In this document: positions 26,203 to 36,213 of the stretch, piece by piece | How the letters are laid out: the number at the start of each line of letters is the position of its first letter | How positions within the stretch are numbered: the first letter of the stretch is position 1 | Virus record (IMG/VR): IMGVR_UViG_3300027747_004271 | Coordinates: 3,333-67,332 of that record | Strand: one strand, 5' to 3' | DNA from: a virus | DNA: 64,000 nt | The notes under the pieces: model-generated | Database searches by the model: none | Told to the model about the DNA's origin: nothing | What the model saw: the letters and a program-made list of their open reading frames with translations, nothing else | Translations under genes and position numbers: made by a program

Positions 26203-28119
26203 ATGAACTTTAAAGAGCATGTGTTCGTAAATCCGAACACGCTGATTCAGCCGAATGCGGACATCATTTTTGTAGCAGACCTATTTGCGGAAGACTATGG
26301 CGGAGGCGCAGAGCTAACATCAGAAGCTCTGATAAGAGAGTCACCCTACAAAGTCCAGAAGCTCCATTCGAAAGACGTGAACCTCGCAGCTCTTTCTCAG
26401 GGCTCATCCAAGTTTTGGATCTTTGGCAATTTCTCTCAGATGAATCCAGAGCTGATACCGAGCATAGTTGCAAACCTGAAGTACTCAGTTCTCGAATACG
26501 ACTACAAGTACTGTAGGTTTCGTTCTTCCGAAAAGCATGCAGCTTTGACAGGAGAAAGCTGTGACTGTCACAACCAGATCACTGGGAAGATCATTTCGGC
26601 TTTCTACTATGGAGCGCAAGCCATCTGGTGGATGTCTGAGAAGCAGAAAGACAAGTACTTGTCGCTGTTTCCCTTCTTGATGGAAAGAGACAACATCGTA
26701 CTTTCCAGCGTCTTTTCCAAAGAGTCATTGGCCACGATGAAGCTTCTGAGGACTTCAGTTCCTTCCTCCGAAAGAAAGGGCTGGGTTGTTCTCGGATCGG
26801 AATCTTGGATCAAAGGCGCAGAGTCTGCAAAGAAGTGGTGTGTCGATAACGACAAGCAGTACGACATCGTCTGGAATTTGACACACCAAGAGACTCTGGC
26901 AAAGTTGGCAGCAGCTGAAGGTTTCGTCTACCTACCTCTAGGAGGCGACACTTGTCCTAGGATGGTCATCGAAGCGAAATTGCTGGGATGTAAGCTAGAG
27001 ATCAACGACAACGTCCAGCACAAAGACGAAGAATGGTTTGCCTCTTCGTCTCTCGAGTCCATTGAGGAATACCTCTATGCTTCTCCAAACGTCTTCTGGA
27101 AAGCCATCCGAGCTTCTATCGACAAGAAGCCCAAGATCAGTGGATACACCACGACTTACAACTGCATCGCGCAAAGCTACCCATTTGAGCAGAGTATCAG
27201 AAGCATGCTCCAGTTCTGTGACGAGGTATGCGTTGTTGACGGCGGCTCTACGGATGGTACGTGGGAAAAGCTTCAGTCCATCGACTCTCGAGTGAAAGTC
27301 AAGCAAGTAGTACGTGATTGGTCGCATCCTCGTCATGCGGTTTTCGACGGCATGCAAAAAGCAGAAGCACGCAAGATGTGTAGCGGTGACTTCTGCTGGC
27401 AGATGGACTCTGACGAGATCGTCCACGAAGATGATGCTGAAAAGGTGATCAGCTTGTGTGGTAAGATTCCGTCAGGAGTCGACATCATTGCGCTTCCCGT
27501 CGTCGAGTATTGGGGTGGAACAGACAAGGTTAGAATCGACGTGCCGCCGTGGAAGTGGCGTTTGAGCAAGAACTCACCGCACATCACTCACGGTATACCC
27601 GCTCAGCTGAGAAGAACAGACTCCAGCGGTGACGTCTATTCGCTCCCGGGAACTGATGGCTGTGACATGATCCACCAAGAGACAGGTGAAGTACTTCCTC
27701 ACGTCTCTTTCCACACTCAAGAGTCTGAGCAAGTCAGACAAGCAGCAGTCTCGGGTCATCCCGTGGCGTTGAAGCAGTATGGTGATTGGTTCAATTCCGT
27801 AGTAAGAAGCCTCCCGGGAGTCCATCATTATTCCTGGTACGACATCCCGAGAAAGATGAGAACGTACAGAGGCTATTGGACGAAGCACTGGAATTCTCTC
27901 TACAACGGATCTCTAGAAGACACGGCAGAAACCAACATGATGTTTGACCTTCCGTGGAGTCAAGTCACTGAAGAGATGATCGATTCGAGAGCCGCCGAAC
28001 TCAAGGAAAAGACAGGAGGATGGGTCTGGCACAGGAAGTGGACCGGACAGTCCATTCCTCACATCACTTGCGATAGAAAAGAACCGAATCTCATGGCCAG
28101 TGGCAAGAGCGATTCTTGA
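26203..28119 (+). CDS. Bifunctional glycosyltransferase (GT4-like N-terminal + GT2-like C-terminal)
   Basis: GGAEL...KG...FVYLP...DTCPRMVIEAKLLGC (GT-B); ISGYTTTYN...VVDGGSTDGT...WQMDSDE (GT-A DxD). Confidence 0.8.
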   Translation: MNFKEHVFVNPNTLIQPNADIIFVADLFAEDYGGGAELTSEALIRESPYKVQKLHSKDVNLAALSQGSSKFWIFGNFSQMNPELIPSIVANLKYSVLEYDYKYCRFRSSEKHAALTGESCDCHNQITGKIISAFYYGAQAIWWMSEKQKDKYLSLFPFLMERDNIVLSSVFSKESLATMKLLRTSVPSSERKGWVVLGSESWIKGAESAKKWCVDNDKQYDIVWNLTHQETLAKLAAAEGFVYLPLGGDTCPRMVIEAKLLGCKLEINDNVQHKDEEWFASSSLESIEEYLYASPNVFWKAIRASIDKKPKISGYTTTYNCIAQSYPFEQSIRSMLQFCDEVCVVDGGSTDGTWEKLQSIDSRVKVKQVVRDWSHPRHAVFDGMQKAEARKMCSGDFCWQMDSDEIVHEDDAEKVISLCGKIPSGVDIIALPVVEYWGGTDKVRIDVPPWKWRLSKNSPHITHGIPAQLRRTDSSGDVYSLPGTDGCDMIHQETGEVLPHVSFHTQESEQVRQAAVSGHPVALKQYGDWFNSVVRSLPGVHHYSWYDIPRKMRTYRGYWTKHWNSLYNGSLEDTAETNMMFDLPWSQVTEEMIDSRAAELKEKTGGWVWHRKWTGQSIPHITCDRKEPNLMASGKSDS

Positions 28120-28120
28120 C

Positions 28121-28864
28121 ATGAAGAACGACTTCGTCTTCGTCATTCCTTATTTCAACTGTGCCGAACACATCGAGAAGACGATATTCTCGATGCTGTC
28201 GCAAAGCTATGACAAGTGGCGTGCAGTGTTGATCAACGACATGTCTACCGACAACACGCCTGATGTAGTTCGTGCTCTGTGTGAGTCTCTACCTACGAAA
28301 TTCAAGTCTAGATTCACGCTGGTGGACAACAATGAGAAGCATGGTGAAGTCAGGAACACGTTGAAGTCGGTGCAGTCCATCGACGACATGTCAGTAGTGT
28401 GTCGTCTCGACGGAGGTGACTGGTTGACAGAGAACGACCTTCTCTTCGCATTGGACTTGACGTACCAAGATCCTGACGTCGCTGTAGCATGGACTGCACA
28501 CCGATGGAGCTACACTTCACAGAACATATCGGGCCCTCTGAACTTGGCGAGAGGACAGACAGTGTACCAACATCCTTGGGTCTCTAGCCACTTGAAGACC
28601 TTCAGATGCGGAAATCTGAAGAAAGTGCCCGATGCAAACTTCAGAGACGAAGACGGCAATTACATCATGATCGCATGTGACCAAGCTGTGTTCCTCCCGA
28701 TGATGCATGTGGCACACTTAAACGGCAAAAAGCTGTCCTTTGTACCCATCTTGGGGTACCACTACAACATCGACTTGTCCAACAAGAACCTCTTCACCAA
28801 CGAGAGGTCGATCAGACAGAAGACTTCAGCGGAAACGATAAGACAACGAGGCTTCATAGAGTGA
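28121..28864 (+). CDS. Glycosyltransferase family 2
   Basis: FVIPYFN, INDMSTDNT, RLDGGDWL, ACDQA. Start set at MKNDF. Confidence 0.85.
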   Translation: MKNDFVFVIPYFNCAEHIEKTIFSMLSQSYDKWRAVLINDMSTDNTPDVVRALCESLPTKFKSRFTLVDNNEKHGEVRNTLKSVQSIDDMSVVCRLDGGDWLTENDLLFALDLTYQDPDVAVAWTAHRWSYTSQNISGPLNLARGQTVYQHPWVSSHLKTFRCGNLKKVPDANFRDEDGNYIMIACDQAVFLPMMHVAHLNGKKLSFVPILGYHYNIDLSNKNLFTNERSIRQKTSAETIRQRGFIE

Positions 28865-29757
28865 GAGTCTACCTCGACAACGTCGACGTCTCTTCATCGA
28901 GCGGCCCAAACTCTTTTGGGAAGAAGCTTTTGGGAGAGATGAAGAAGAGAGGAATCGATGCATCGACAGATCCTAGCTTGATGGCCGATGCACAGCTTTC
29001 TTTCATCACGCTGCGGCATAGAAGATCGTCGAAGCTTGCGTTGAGACTCGACGGAATCTACTTCAACACACGGCAAAACTGGGAAGACTTAAATGCACCG
29101 CTCGCGTCTTCTTGCTCAATTGCTGACTTAGTGATATATCAGTCGCACTTCAACAAGCGCCTCACGGAGAAATACTTCGGAGAAGCAAAGCGGTCAGTCG
29201 TCATAGGAAACGGTGCAGACATCGGAGAGATCGACAAGATACTCCCCGCAGTCCATCCGTCCCTAGACAAGTTCGACGAAGTATGGTGTTGCTCTTCGTC
29301 ATGGAGACCTCACAAGAGGCTCAAGGACAACATCGACTACTTCCACAGCATGAAGCAGAATAATGCCGCGCTAATCGTGCTAGGGGAAAATCCTGATCAT
29401 ATTTCGCAATATTCTGACGTGCTCTATACAGGCAAGCTTCCATGGGAGACTTGCATCTCGGTCTACAAGCGATCAAAGAAGTTCCTTCACCTCGCTTTCC
29501 TGGACCATTGTCCCAATGTCGTTGTGGACGCAAGGGCATCAGGTTGCGAAATCGTGGTGGCGTCCTCGGGTGGAACGAGAGAGATAGCCGGACCGGAGGC
29601 AACGGTGGTCGAAGACTTGGACTGGGACATGAGACCTCTCGACCTCTATTCTCCTCCCCCGTTAGACTACACGAAGTCGTTCAAGAACTGTGTAGAATCC
29701 AGCATCGACATTAGAGACGTCGCTTCGAAGTACATCGACGGCCTCACGAACCTATAA
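28861..29757 (+). CDS. Glycosyltransferase family 4 (GT-B)
   Basis: SGPNSF, IYQSHF, WRPHKRL, DHCPNVVVDARASGC...SGGTREI. Confidence 0.8.
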   Translation: MRVYLDNVDVSSSSGPNSFGKKLLGEMKKRGIDASTDPSLMADAQLSFITLRHRRSSKLALRLDGIYFNTRQNWEDLNAPLASSCSIADLVIYQSHFNKRLTEKYFGEAKRSVVIGNGADIGEIDKILPAVHPSLDKFDEVWCCSSSWRPHKRLKDNIDYFHSMKQNNAALIVLGENPDHISQYSDVLYTGKLPWETCISVYKRSKKFLHLAFLDHCPNVVVDARASGCEIVVASSGGTREIAGPEATVVEDLDWDMRPLDLYSPPPLDYTKSFKNCVESSIDIRDVASKYIDGLTNL

Positions 29758-29766
29758 TGGAGTGAA

Positions 29767-30126
29767 ATGAAAAAGCAGATACACGATGCTCTCAGTCAGC
29801 TTTTGTCAAAGAAGCTTGAGAAGCATCTCAATTCGAAACTAGACAGTTCGACATGCACTGTGATCTATACGGACATTTTCGATTCGATCGCGTCTGTGTT
29901 TCAGGAGACAGATGCGGGTCTATCGAACGAAGCTGTGAACCTAGTCGCTCAGATGTACTACGACTCGATAAAGATCAACTCTTCACAAGAGCTTGATCCC
30001 AACATCTTCACGCAGAGGGCCAAGATCGAAAACGTTCCCACGAAAGAGCTCGCGATCCTCGCGACCCTCTTCAGAGGAACGCCTTTCGGCGACATATTCG
30101 CGCTGACAGTCAAGAGGAGGTCGTGA
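29767..30126 (+). CDS. Hypothetical protein
   Basis: GGAG RBS; GTGA overlap with the next gene. Confidence 0.55.
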   Translation: MKKQIHDALSQLLSKKLEKHLNSKLDSSTCTVIYTDIFDSIASVFQETDAGLSNEAVNLVAQMYYDSIKINSSQELDPNIFTQRAKIENVPTKELAILATLFRGTPFGDIFALTVKRRS

Positions 30127-30788
30127 TGGGATTCTTTGAGGAATGCGTCGAGAGTTTCGAGACCATGGACCCCACAATTCGAAAGAAGTGCGACGACTTG
30201 TGGGACTCTGTCAGCTTGAATGTACAAGAACAGAAGTTATCGTCCAACGGAATCTTCGATGTTGGCAGAAGGAACAAGATCTTGAAGGAGCTGAAACAGA
30301 GGCCTTCTTTCCTCGTTCACGTTGCTTCGAAGATCACGCATGACGGGCTGTTGAACTTTGCCGAAGTAGGAACAGCACAGGGTCTGCAGTCGATCATGTT
30401 CGCTGACACATTCGCAAAGTCTCAAGTCTATACGTGCGACATCAAGGACGATAGAGGTCAGAAATTCCACGAATATCAGAACATCAAGTTCGTGCTAGGC
30501 GACTCACTTGTCCTTGGTAAAGAACTGAAGTCATCGTCGGTCTCTCTGGACTTCTGTTGGGTCGATGGATCCCACGACCACTACGCGGTTCTCGACGATT
30601 TCTTGTCGCTCTTGCCGTCCACTCACGACGACACGGTGTGGGCATTCGATGACTACGACACGAGGTTCGGGTGTTTCAGAGACCTCAACGTCATTCTCAA
30701 GCACTTTCGAGAGCACGTGGTTCTCGATCTCGGGGAGACTGCTAGCGGAAATCCGAATAGGATAGTCCTGACGAGAGGATTCTCATGA
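30123..30788 (+). CDS. Class I SAM-dependent methyltransferase (Methyltransf_24-like)
   Basis: AEVGTAQGLQS, YTCDI, GDS, WVDGSHDH, AFDDY. Confidence 0.8.
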   Translation: MMGFFEECVESFETMDPTIRKKCDDLWDSVSLNVQEQKLSSNGIFDVGRRNKILKELKQRPSFLVHVASKITHDGLLNFAEVGTAQGLQSIMFADTFAKSQVYTCDIKDDRGQKFHEYQNIKFVLGDSLVLGKELKSSSVSLDFCWVDGSHDHYAVLDDFLSLLPSTHDDTVWAFDDYDTRFGCFRDLNVILKHFREHVVLDLGETASGNPNRIVLTRGFS

Positions 30789-32035
30789 CACATCGACTTT
30801 TCGACGACCTAAAGTTTTCTGACTATCAAATCAACGAACGAAGAGAGACGCTGACAGCTGTCGACTCGACAGGGAAGCTCCTCATCAAGGTGCAGGTCAA
30901 GGCAAATCCAAGGAAGACTCGAACCATCGCAGACGAGTATTCTGTGATGAAGAAGCTGAACCATGACGGATGTCAGTCTTGTCCCGTCGCTCACGAATTC
31001 GGACAGCTCAGTGTCTCAGAGCTGGGTGGATCAAGCTCTCTAGTGTCCGGATTGCCCCCAGATTCTCTCTTGTCGTACATCATACAAGACTATGTTGTGG
31101 ACGAAGGAAACTACAATTTGGCCGACGTCCTCCTCACTCTGATAGAGCAGAAGAAGCTCGGCGTCTATCAAGGAGACGTCAAGCCAAGCAACGTGAGATT
31201 CAATCCAAAGACAGGCGTCTGTGTCTTCATCGACTATGACCAGTCTGAGTTGCTGAACGAAACTCAGAAGAACATGAGCAACTCAGACTTCTTGAAGTAC
31301 TGTGATGCTCACGACAAGGAGAAGTACGGTTTCGGTAACTGGCTTCGACACTATCCCAACGTGTCGAATTCCAATACTTTGCCCTACTTCACAGAGGGCT
31401 CACTCAATTTGGCGAACACTTCTGTCTTCAAGTCGCAGAAGACGACCAACTCCTCTTCTGGGATATACCACACGATCTACTCAAACGACGTCTATGCGAT
31501 CGGTTCGAGAGGCATGGGTACCCGTGCAGAACTTCTCGACACTGTCGAGTTCTCCAAAGACGAACGTGTCTTGGACGTAGGATGCAACGCAGGCCTCCTT
31601 TGTGAGTACCTTCACGACAGAGGCTGTAGAGTGACAGGCGTCGACAACGATCCACATATCGTCGTTGCAGCCAAGATGATCTCCAACATCTTGGGTAGGA
31701 AGATCGAATACGCCTGCGTGGACCTCGACTACGTCGATTCTCTAGATCGCTACGACACGATCATGCTGTTCTCCGTGTTTCACCACACACGAGACACTGT
31801 AGCCAATGCTAAGAAGATTGTTGAGTCATGCAAGAGAATCATCATTGAGACACGCCTCGTAGAGAACGGAAAGCAACCCGTAGGAGGACAATGGGTAGAC
31901 ACAACGAAGTGGTCTTTCAAGGACTTGAACCACTTGGTGGACTATCTTGAGTCGACTTTCGAGGGATTCGAGTTCAAGAGAAACGTCGGCTTCGCCGACA
32001 AGGGTCGCTACATCCTGGAGCTTGTCAAGAGGTGA
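30785..32035 (+). CDS. Kinase-like domain fused to SAM methyltransferase
   Basis: N-half: LIKV, EYSVMKKL, GVYQGDVKPSNV, FIDYD (protein-kinase-like fold). C-half: VLDVGCNAG...VTGVD...FSVFHH. Confidence 0.75.
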   Translation: MTHRLFDDLKFSDYQINERRETLTAVDSTGKLLIKVQVKANPRKTRTIADEYSVMKKLNHDGCQSCPVAHEFGQLSVSELGGSSSLVSGLPPDSLLSYIIQDYVVDEGNYNLADVLLTLIEQKKLGVYQGDVKPSNVRFNPKTGVCVFIDYDQSELLNETQKNMSNSDFLKYCDAHDKEKYGFGNWLRHYPNVSNSNTLPYFTEGSLNLANTSVFKSQKTTNSSSGIYHTIYSNDVYAIGSRGMGTRAELLDTVEFSKDERVLDVGCNAGLLCEYLHDRGCRVTGVDNDPHIVVAAKMISNILGRKIEYACVDLDYVDSLDRYDTIMLFSVFHHTRDTVANAKKIVESCKRIIIETRLVENGKQPVGGQWVDTTKWSFKDLNHLVDYLESTFEGFEFKRNVGFADKGRYILELVKR

Positions 32036-32634
32036 GAGACGTCGCAATCAAAAAGATAGTCTCGGCTCTAGAGAGCCGAGGCATAGTCTTGTCAACGATG
32101 AATGCGTTGGACTTCTTTGCTAGAGAAGGCGACTGGCAGACGGCTTATTACGCCAAGAAGGTCTCACAGATACATGCCTGGGAGATCGACCCTAAGTACG
32201 AGAAGAATCTCAGAGAGAATCTTCCCCTGACAGCCGAGATAGTGATCGGAGACTCCTTCGAGACGCTGCAGAAGACTCACAGAAAATTCGATCTAATAGT
32301 GTTGGACAATCCTCAAGGCTGTTTTGGAGAGAAATACTGCGAGCACTTCGATGCCCTTCCAGAAGTCCTCCGTCTCCTCGAAGACCGAAGCGTCGTCATC
32401 TTCAACGTCAAGACGGAGCCTTTCGAATACAGCGAAAAAGTACAGTGGCAGAAGAGAAGAAATGACTTCTACGAAAGACCCGCTGACTCGTTGCCCGAAG
32501 ACTTCGTCTTCAAATTCTACGACGACTTCTTCGAAAGAAGAGGATTTGAAGTGACGTCAAGCTTCTGGGAAGAGAGGCCTCAAGAGACGGGACTCTACGC
32601 ATTCGTGGCCGTTCTGAAACGGAAAGATCAATGA
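32032..32634 (+). CDS. Putative SAM-dependent methyltransferase
   Basis: ALDFFAREG, AWEID, GDSF, FDLIVLDNP. Confidence 0.65.
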   Translation: MRDVAIKKIVSALESRGIVLSTMNALDFFAREGDWQTAYYAKKVSQIHAWEIDPKYEKNLRENLPLTAEIVIGDSFETLQKTHRKFDLIVLDNPQGCFGEKYCEHFDALPEVLRLLEDRSVVIFNVKTEPFEYSEKVQWQKRRNDFYERPADSLPEDFVFKFYDDFFERRGFEVTSSFWEERPQETGLYAFVAVLKRKDQ

Positions 32635-33761
32635 CACACATCATCGAAAACATCCGGTCAAAGTCAGTTCCTGTAACTAGGTCTGCTGCAATGTACTACA
32701 AGACTGAACCGTTCTTCACAGATGTCAGTAGGTACGTTCACACGAACAACTGGGAGATCCTCAGGGCGATAGAGATCTTGACGGAGAGGGGCTTTTCCGT
32801 CGACCTGATAGACAGGAACAACCATTCATGGGCACCCAGCAAAGAGTACGACTTGTTCTTGGGACTCGGCGTCGGCAACAGCGGTAAAAACTTCGCAAGA
32901 TATGCAAAGGCGTCAAAGGCAAAGATTCGTGTCCTCCTTTCGATGGGACCGCAGCCCGACACTTCAAACGAACTAGTCCTGGAGAGGTATGCAGCTTTCC
33001 AAGCGAGGACAGGAAGATACGCGCCACCCACGAGGACTGTCCAAGACGTGACAGGTGACAAGTTTCTCGAGATCATGTCACAGACTGACTTCATCTTCAA
33101 CATAGGCGAGAAGGGAAATGAGAGCTACAACAGCTACTTGAAGTACGGTAAACCGATCCTCCACTTCTATCCTGCAGTGAGTCCCTCAGTCTCTTACGAT
33201 CCTGCGTGGGCCAAGACGAGAGACAGGAACACGTACTTGTGCTTCGCAGGAAACGGTCTCATCTGCAAGGGCGTCGATGTAGTAACTGAAGCGTTCTTGA
33301 AAGACAGAGGAAAGAAGCTTCACATCTGTGGACCGTCGGAAGCATCGTACTTCGACTACTACGGCGACAAGCTCGGAGGAGCGTCAAACGTCCAGTATCA
33401 CGGATTCGTCGAGCCGGGAGGCAGTGTCTTCAATGACCTCGCGTCGAAATGTTCGTTCGTGGTGTTTCATTCGTCTGCCGAGGGATGCTGCACGTCCGTG
33501 GCCACAGCAATGAGAGCAGGCCTCGTGCCTGTCATAAATCCGTGGACAGGGATTTTGACAGACGGCTGCGGCGTATCGATATCACCCGCCGTTGACACCG
33601 TGCAATCAGTGACAGAAGCCGTCGACAAAGCCTCTGGACTGTCTGACGAGGAATACAATGTTCTTGTTCAAGGTACATTGAAGAAGTCAAAGGTCTTCAC
33701 GCAGGAGGCATACACCGAGAGTTATGCTGCCGCACTTGAAGAAGTCATCAAGAGACTCTAG
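32631..33761 (+). CDS. Glycosyltransferase family 4 (GT-B)
   Basis: ICKGVDVV, LHICG, YHGFV, SSAEGCCTSVATAMRAGLVPV. Confidence 0.8.
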   Translation: MTHIIENIRSKSVPVTRSAAMYYKTEPFFTDVSRYVHTNNWEILRAIEILTERGFSVDLIDRNNHSWAPSKEYDLFLGLGVGNSGKNFARYAKASKAKIRVLLSMGPQPDTSNELVLERYAAFQARTGRYAPPTRTVQDVTGDKFLEIMSQTDFIFNIGEKGNESYNSYLKYGKPILHFYPAVSPSVSYDPAWAKTRDRNTYLCFAGNGLICKGVDVVTEAFLKDRGKKLHICGPSEASYFDYYGDKLGGASNVQYHGFVEPGGSVFNDLASKCSFVVFHSSAEGCCTSVATAMRAGLVPVINPWTGILTDGCGVSISPAVDTVQSVTEAVDKASGLSDEEYNVLVQGTLKKSKVFTQEAYTESYAAALEEVIKRL

Positions 33762-34733
33762 ATGAAGATAGATTTCGTCACTACACAGCCCGCGGCGGCA
33801 TGCTCTTCTTTCTACTCGGAAGCGCTGAAGAGACTCCCCGAAGTGACGCTGTATGACCCCGACATCACCGACTATGATGTCGTCTTGGTCATGACGTATG
33901 ATCATCATCTCGTTCCGAAAATCAAAGAGATAAACCCGAGAGCGAAAGTGGGAATCATCGACCCACGAAGTCACTTGGTGATGGAGAGCGCAAAGGCGTG
34001 CGACTTCCTCGTCGTCGACTCTGTCGAGATGGAAGACTACTGGGCTGCTGCGAAGAAACCCATCCTACGATACGTGGAATATCCTGACATTCGTCTGCTC
34101 AAGAAAGAGCACTCCCAGCGCGACGTAGTGAGGATAGGCTATCACGGTAATCAAATTCACTTAGACTGCATGCAAGACTCTGTGACACCGGCCCTCAGCA
34201 ACCTGTCCCAGCACCACTCGATAGAACTTGTGGTGATGTACAACGGAAGTCCTCCGAGAAGTGAAGAACCATGGCTGCCGAAGGGAGTGAGAGTCAAACA
34301 CGTACAGTGGAGCATGTCAAACTATGAAGACGCACTGTCCAAGTGCGACATCGGCCTCGTACCAAACAACTTGATCCACGATGCTTCTTCCAAGAGCATG
34401 GCTTCTCTGACAAGGAAGTACAACTACAGTCAGGATGACTATTCACTTCGATTCAAGATGCCCTCAAATCCAGGACGTTTTGTCGTATTTGGAAGGTTGG
34501 GCATACCCGTAGTGGCCGACTTCTACCCGTCGGCATTGCAATACTTGAGAGAAGACCTCAAGACAGGTATGGTGGCATGCAATCCTTCAGGCTGGGAAAG
34601 ATGTCTGGAGAGACTCATTACGTCTCATGAACTGCGACAAGAGATGGGAGACCGTCTACAATCGCTCGTGGTGTCCGAGTTTGACTTCGAACATCAGAAC
34701 AAAAGACTCTTGAACTTCTTGAAAACACTGTGA
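33762..34733 (+). CDS. Glycosyltransferase (GT-B fold)
   Basis: RIGYHG, CDIGLVP, GIPVVAD, W...LERLI...ELRQEMG. Confidence 0.7.
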   Translation: MKIDFVTTQPAAACSSFYSEALKRLPEVTLYDPDITDYDVVLVMTYDHHLVPKIKEINPRAKVGIIDPRSHLVMESAKACDFLVVDSVEMEDYWAAAKKPILRYVEYPDIRLLKKEHSQRDVVRIGYHGNQIHLDCMQDSVTPALSNLSQHHSIELVVMYNGSPPRSEEPWLPKGVRVKHVQWSMSNYEDALSKCDIGLVPNNLIHDASSKSMASLTRKYNYSQDDYSLRFKMPSNPGRFVVFGRLGIPVVADFYPSALQYLREDLKTGMVACNPSGWERCLERLITSHELRQEMGDRLQSLVVSEFDFEHQNKRLLNFLKTL

Positions 34734-34747
34734 GGTAATTGAGACAT

Positions 34748-35587
34748 ATGTCGACGGTATTAGTGACGGGCGCAGCAGGATTCTTGGGAAAGCGTATCAC
34801 AGAAGTCTTGATGGACAGAGGACATTCGGTGGTAGGTACGGCCCATTCTGAGCTCAGCATCAGGGAATTCGAAAGATCAGTCAAGGGAAGCAAGGACGTT
34901 CCGCTGTACGCACTAGACGTCGCTGACTGCTATCAGCCTCTCAAGAGGATCTTGAAGGACCACAAGGTGGACTATGTAGTTCACAGTGCGGCATTGAAGC
35001 ATGTGGGAATCTGCGAAAAGAATCCTACGAGAGCGGTAGACGTCAACGTCGTCGGGTCACGACACGTGATGACTGCAGCACTGGAGACCGGAGTAAAGAA
35101 CGTAATCGGAATCAGTACCGACAAGTCAGTGAACCCAGCATGTGTCTACGGAATGACGAAGAAGCTGATGGAAGACATGCTTCTCGAGAATGGTTGCTGT
35201 GCATTCCAAGGCGTCAACTTCTTGTTTTCTACGGGAAGCGTGCTAGATATATGGGACAAGCTGATGAAGGAGAACAAGCAGCTGTTGGTCAACACGAAGG
35301 CGACACGCTATTTCTGCCTCATCGACGACGTGTGCAACAAGATCGTCGATTCACTCGATGCAAAGGGAAGATTCACTGTTGACAGCTGCTATCTCATAGG
35401 AATACAGTCCCTGCAACAGGCATTCTCAAAGCATCACGATTACTGGAACGTGAACGTCTACACACCTCTCGACGTCGAGAAACATGATGAAGACTTGCCC
35501 CTCGGCAACATCAACGTGGTGAAACCTGACAACGATTTCGTAGTCAAGCTCTTGAAAGACCACTATGCAAGGAGCAACAGACAGTGA
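34748..35587 (+). CDS. NAD-dependent nucleotide-sugar dehydratase/epimerase (PseB/CapD-like)
   Basis: VLVTGAAGFLG, HSAALKHV, ISTDKSVNP..VYGMTK. Confidence 0.82.
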   Translation: MSTVLVTGAAGFLGKRITEVLMDRGHSVVGTAHSELSIREFERSVKGSKDVPLYALDVADCYQPLKRILKDHKVDYVVHSAALKHVGICEKNPTRAVDVNVVGSRHVMTAALETGVKNVIGISTDKSVNPACVYGMTKKLMEDMLLENGCCAFQGVNFLFSTGSVLDIWDKLMKENKQLLVNTKATRYFCLIDDVCNKIVDSLDAKGRFTVDSCYLIGIQSLQQAFSKHHDYWNVNVYTPLDVEKHDEDLPLGNINVVKPDNDFVVKLLKDHYARSNRQ

Positions 35588-36213
35588 AGATACTTGCCAT
35601 AGGTGCACATGCCGATGACATAGAGCTTGGCATCGGCGGAACTGTGGCACGCCATGTCAGTGAAGGCGATACAGTCACAGAGCTCTTGGTCACTCATAGC
35701 GCCTACAAGAATTTCGAAGGCAAGCTAGTGAGGAGTCGCGAGACTGCGCTAAAGGAAGCATGGGATGCAGCCGCCATCATGGGTGTGAAAGACCTTCACT
35801 GTCTCGACTACGAGACGAAATGCGTCTCATACGATGTCAAGCTGATCGAAGACATCAACAGGTGCATCGATAGAGTGAAACCAGACGTCGTCTATACACA
35901 CTGGGACGGTGACATCAATCAAGATCATAGCGCAATTTCGCAGGCCACGATCGTCGCCGGCAGGAATGTGCCTCGCATCCTGATGTATCGAAGCAACTGG
36001 TACAAGTCATACAAGCACTTCGAGAACAACTTCTATGTCGACATCACGAATTTCATCGATGTCAAAGAAGCATCTATCAGGGCACACGTCTCAGAGATGA
36101 GTCGCCGGGGAGAAGACTGGATAGAGTTCTTCAAGAACCAGTGTCGAAACAACGGGCAAGAAGTCGGTGTCCGATATGCTGAGTCCTTTCAAGTCATAAA
36201 GTGGCTGAGATGA
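35584..36213 (+). CDS. PIG-L/LmbE family deacetylase
   Basis: IGAHADDIELGIGGT, YTHWDGDINQDH, AHVSE, YAESF. Confidence 0.88.
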   Translation: MKILAIGAHADDIELGIGGTVARHVSEGDTVTELLVTHSAYKNFEGKLVRSRETALKEAWDAAAIMGVKDLHCLDYETKCVSYDVKLIEDINRCIDRVKPDVVYTHWDGDINQDHSAISQATIVAGRNVPRILMYRSNWYKSYKHFENNFYVDITNFIDVKEASIRAHVSEMSRRGEDWIEFFKNQCRNNGQEVGVRYAESFQVIKWLR

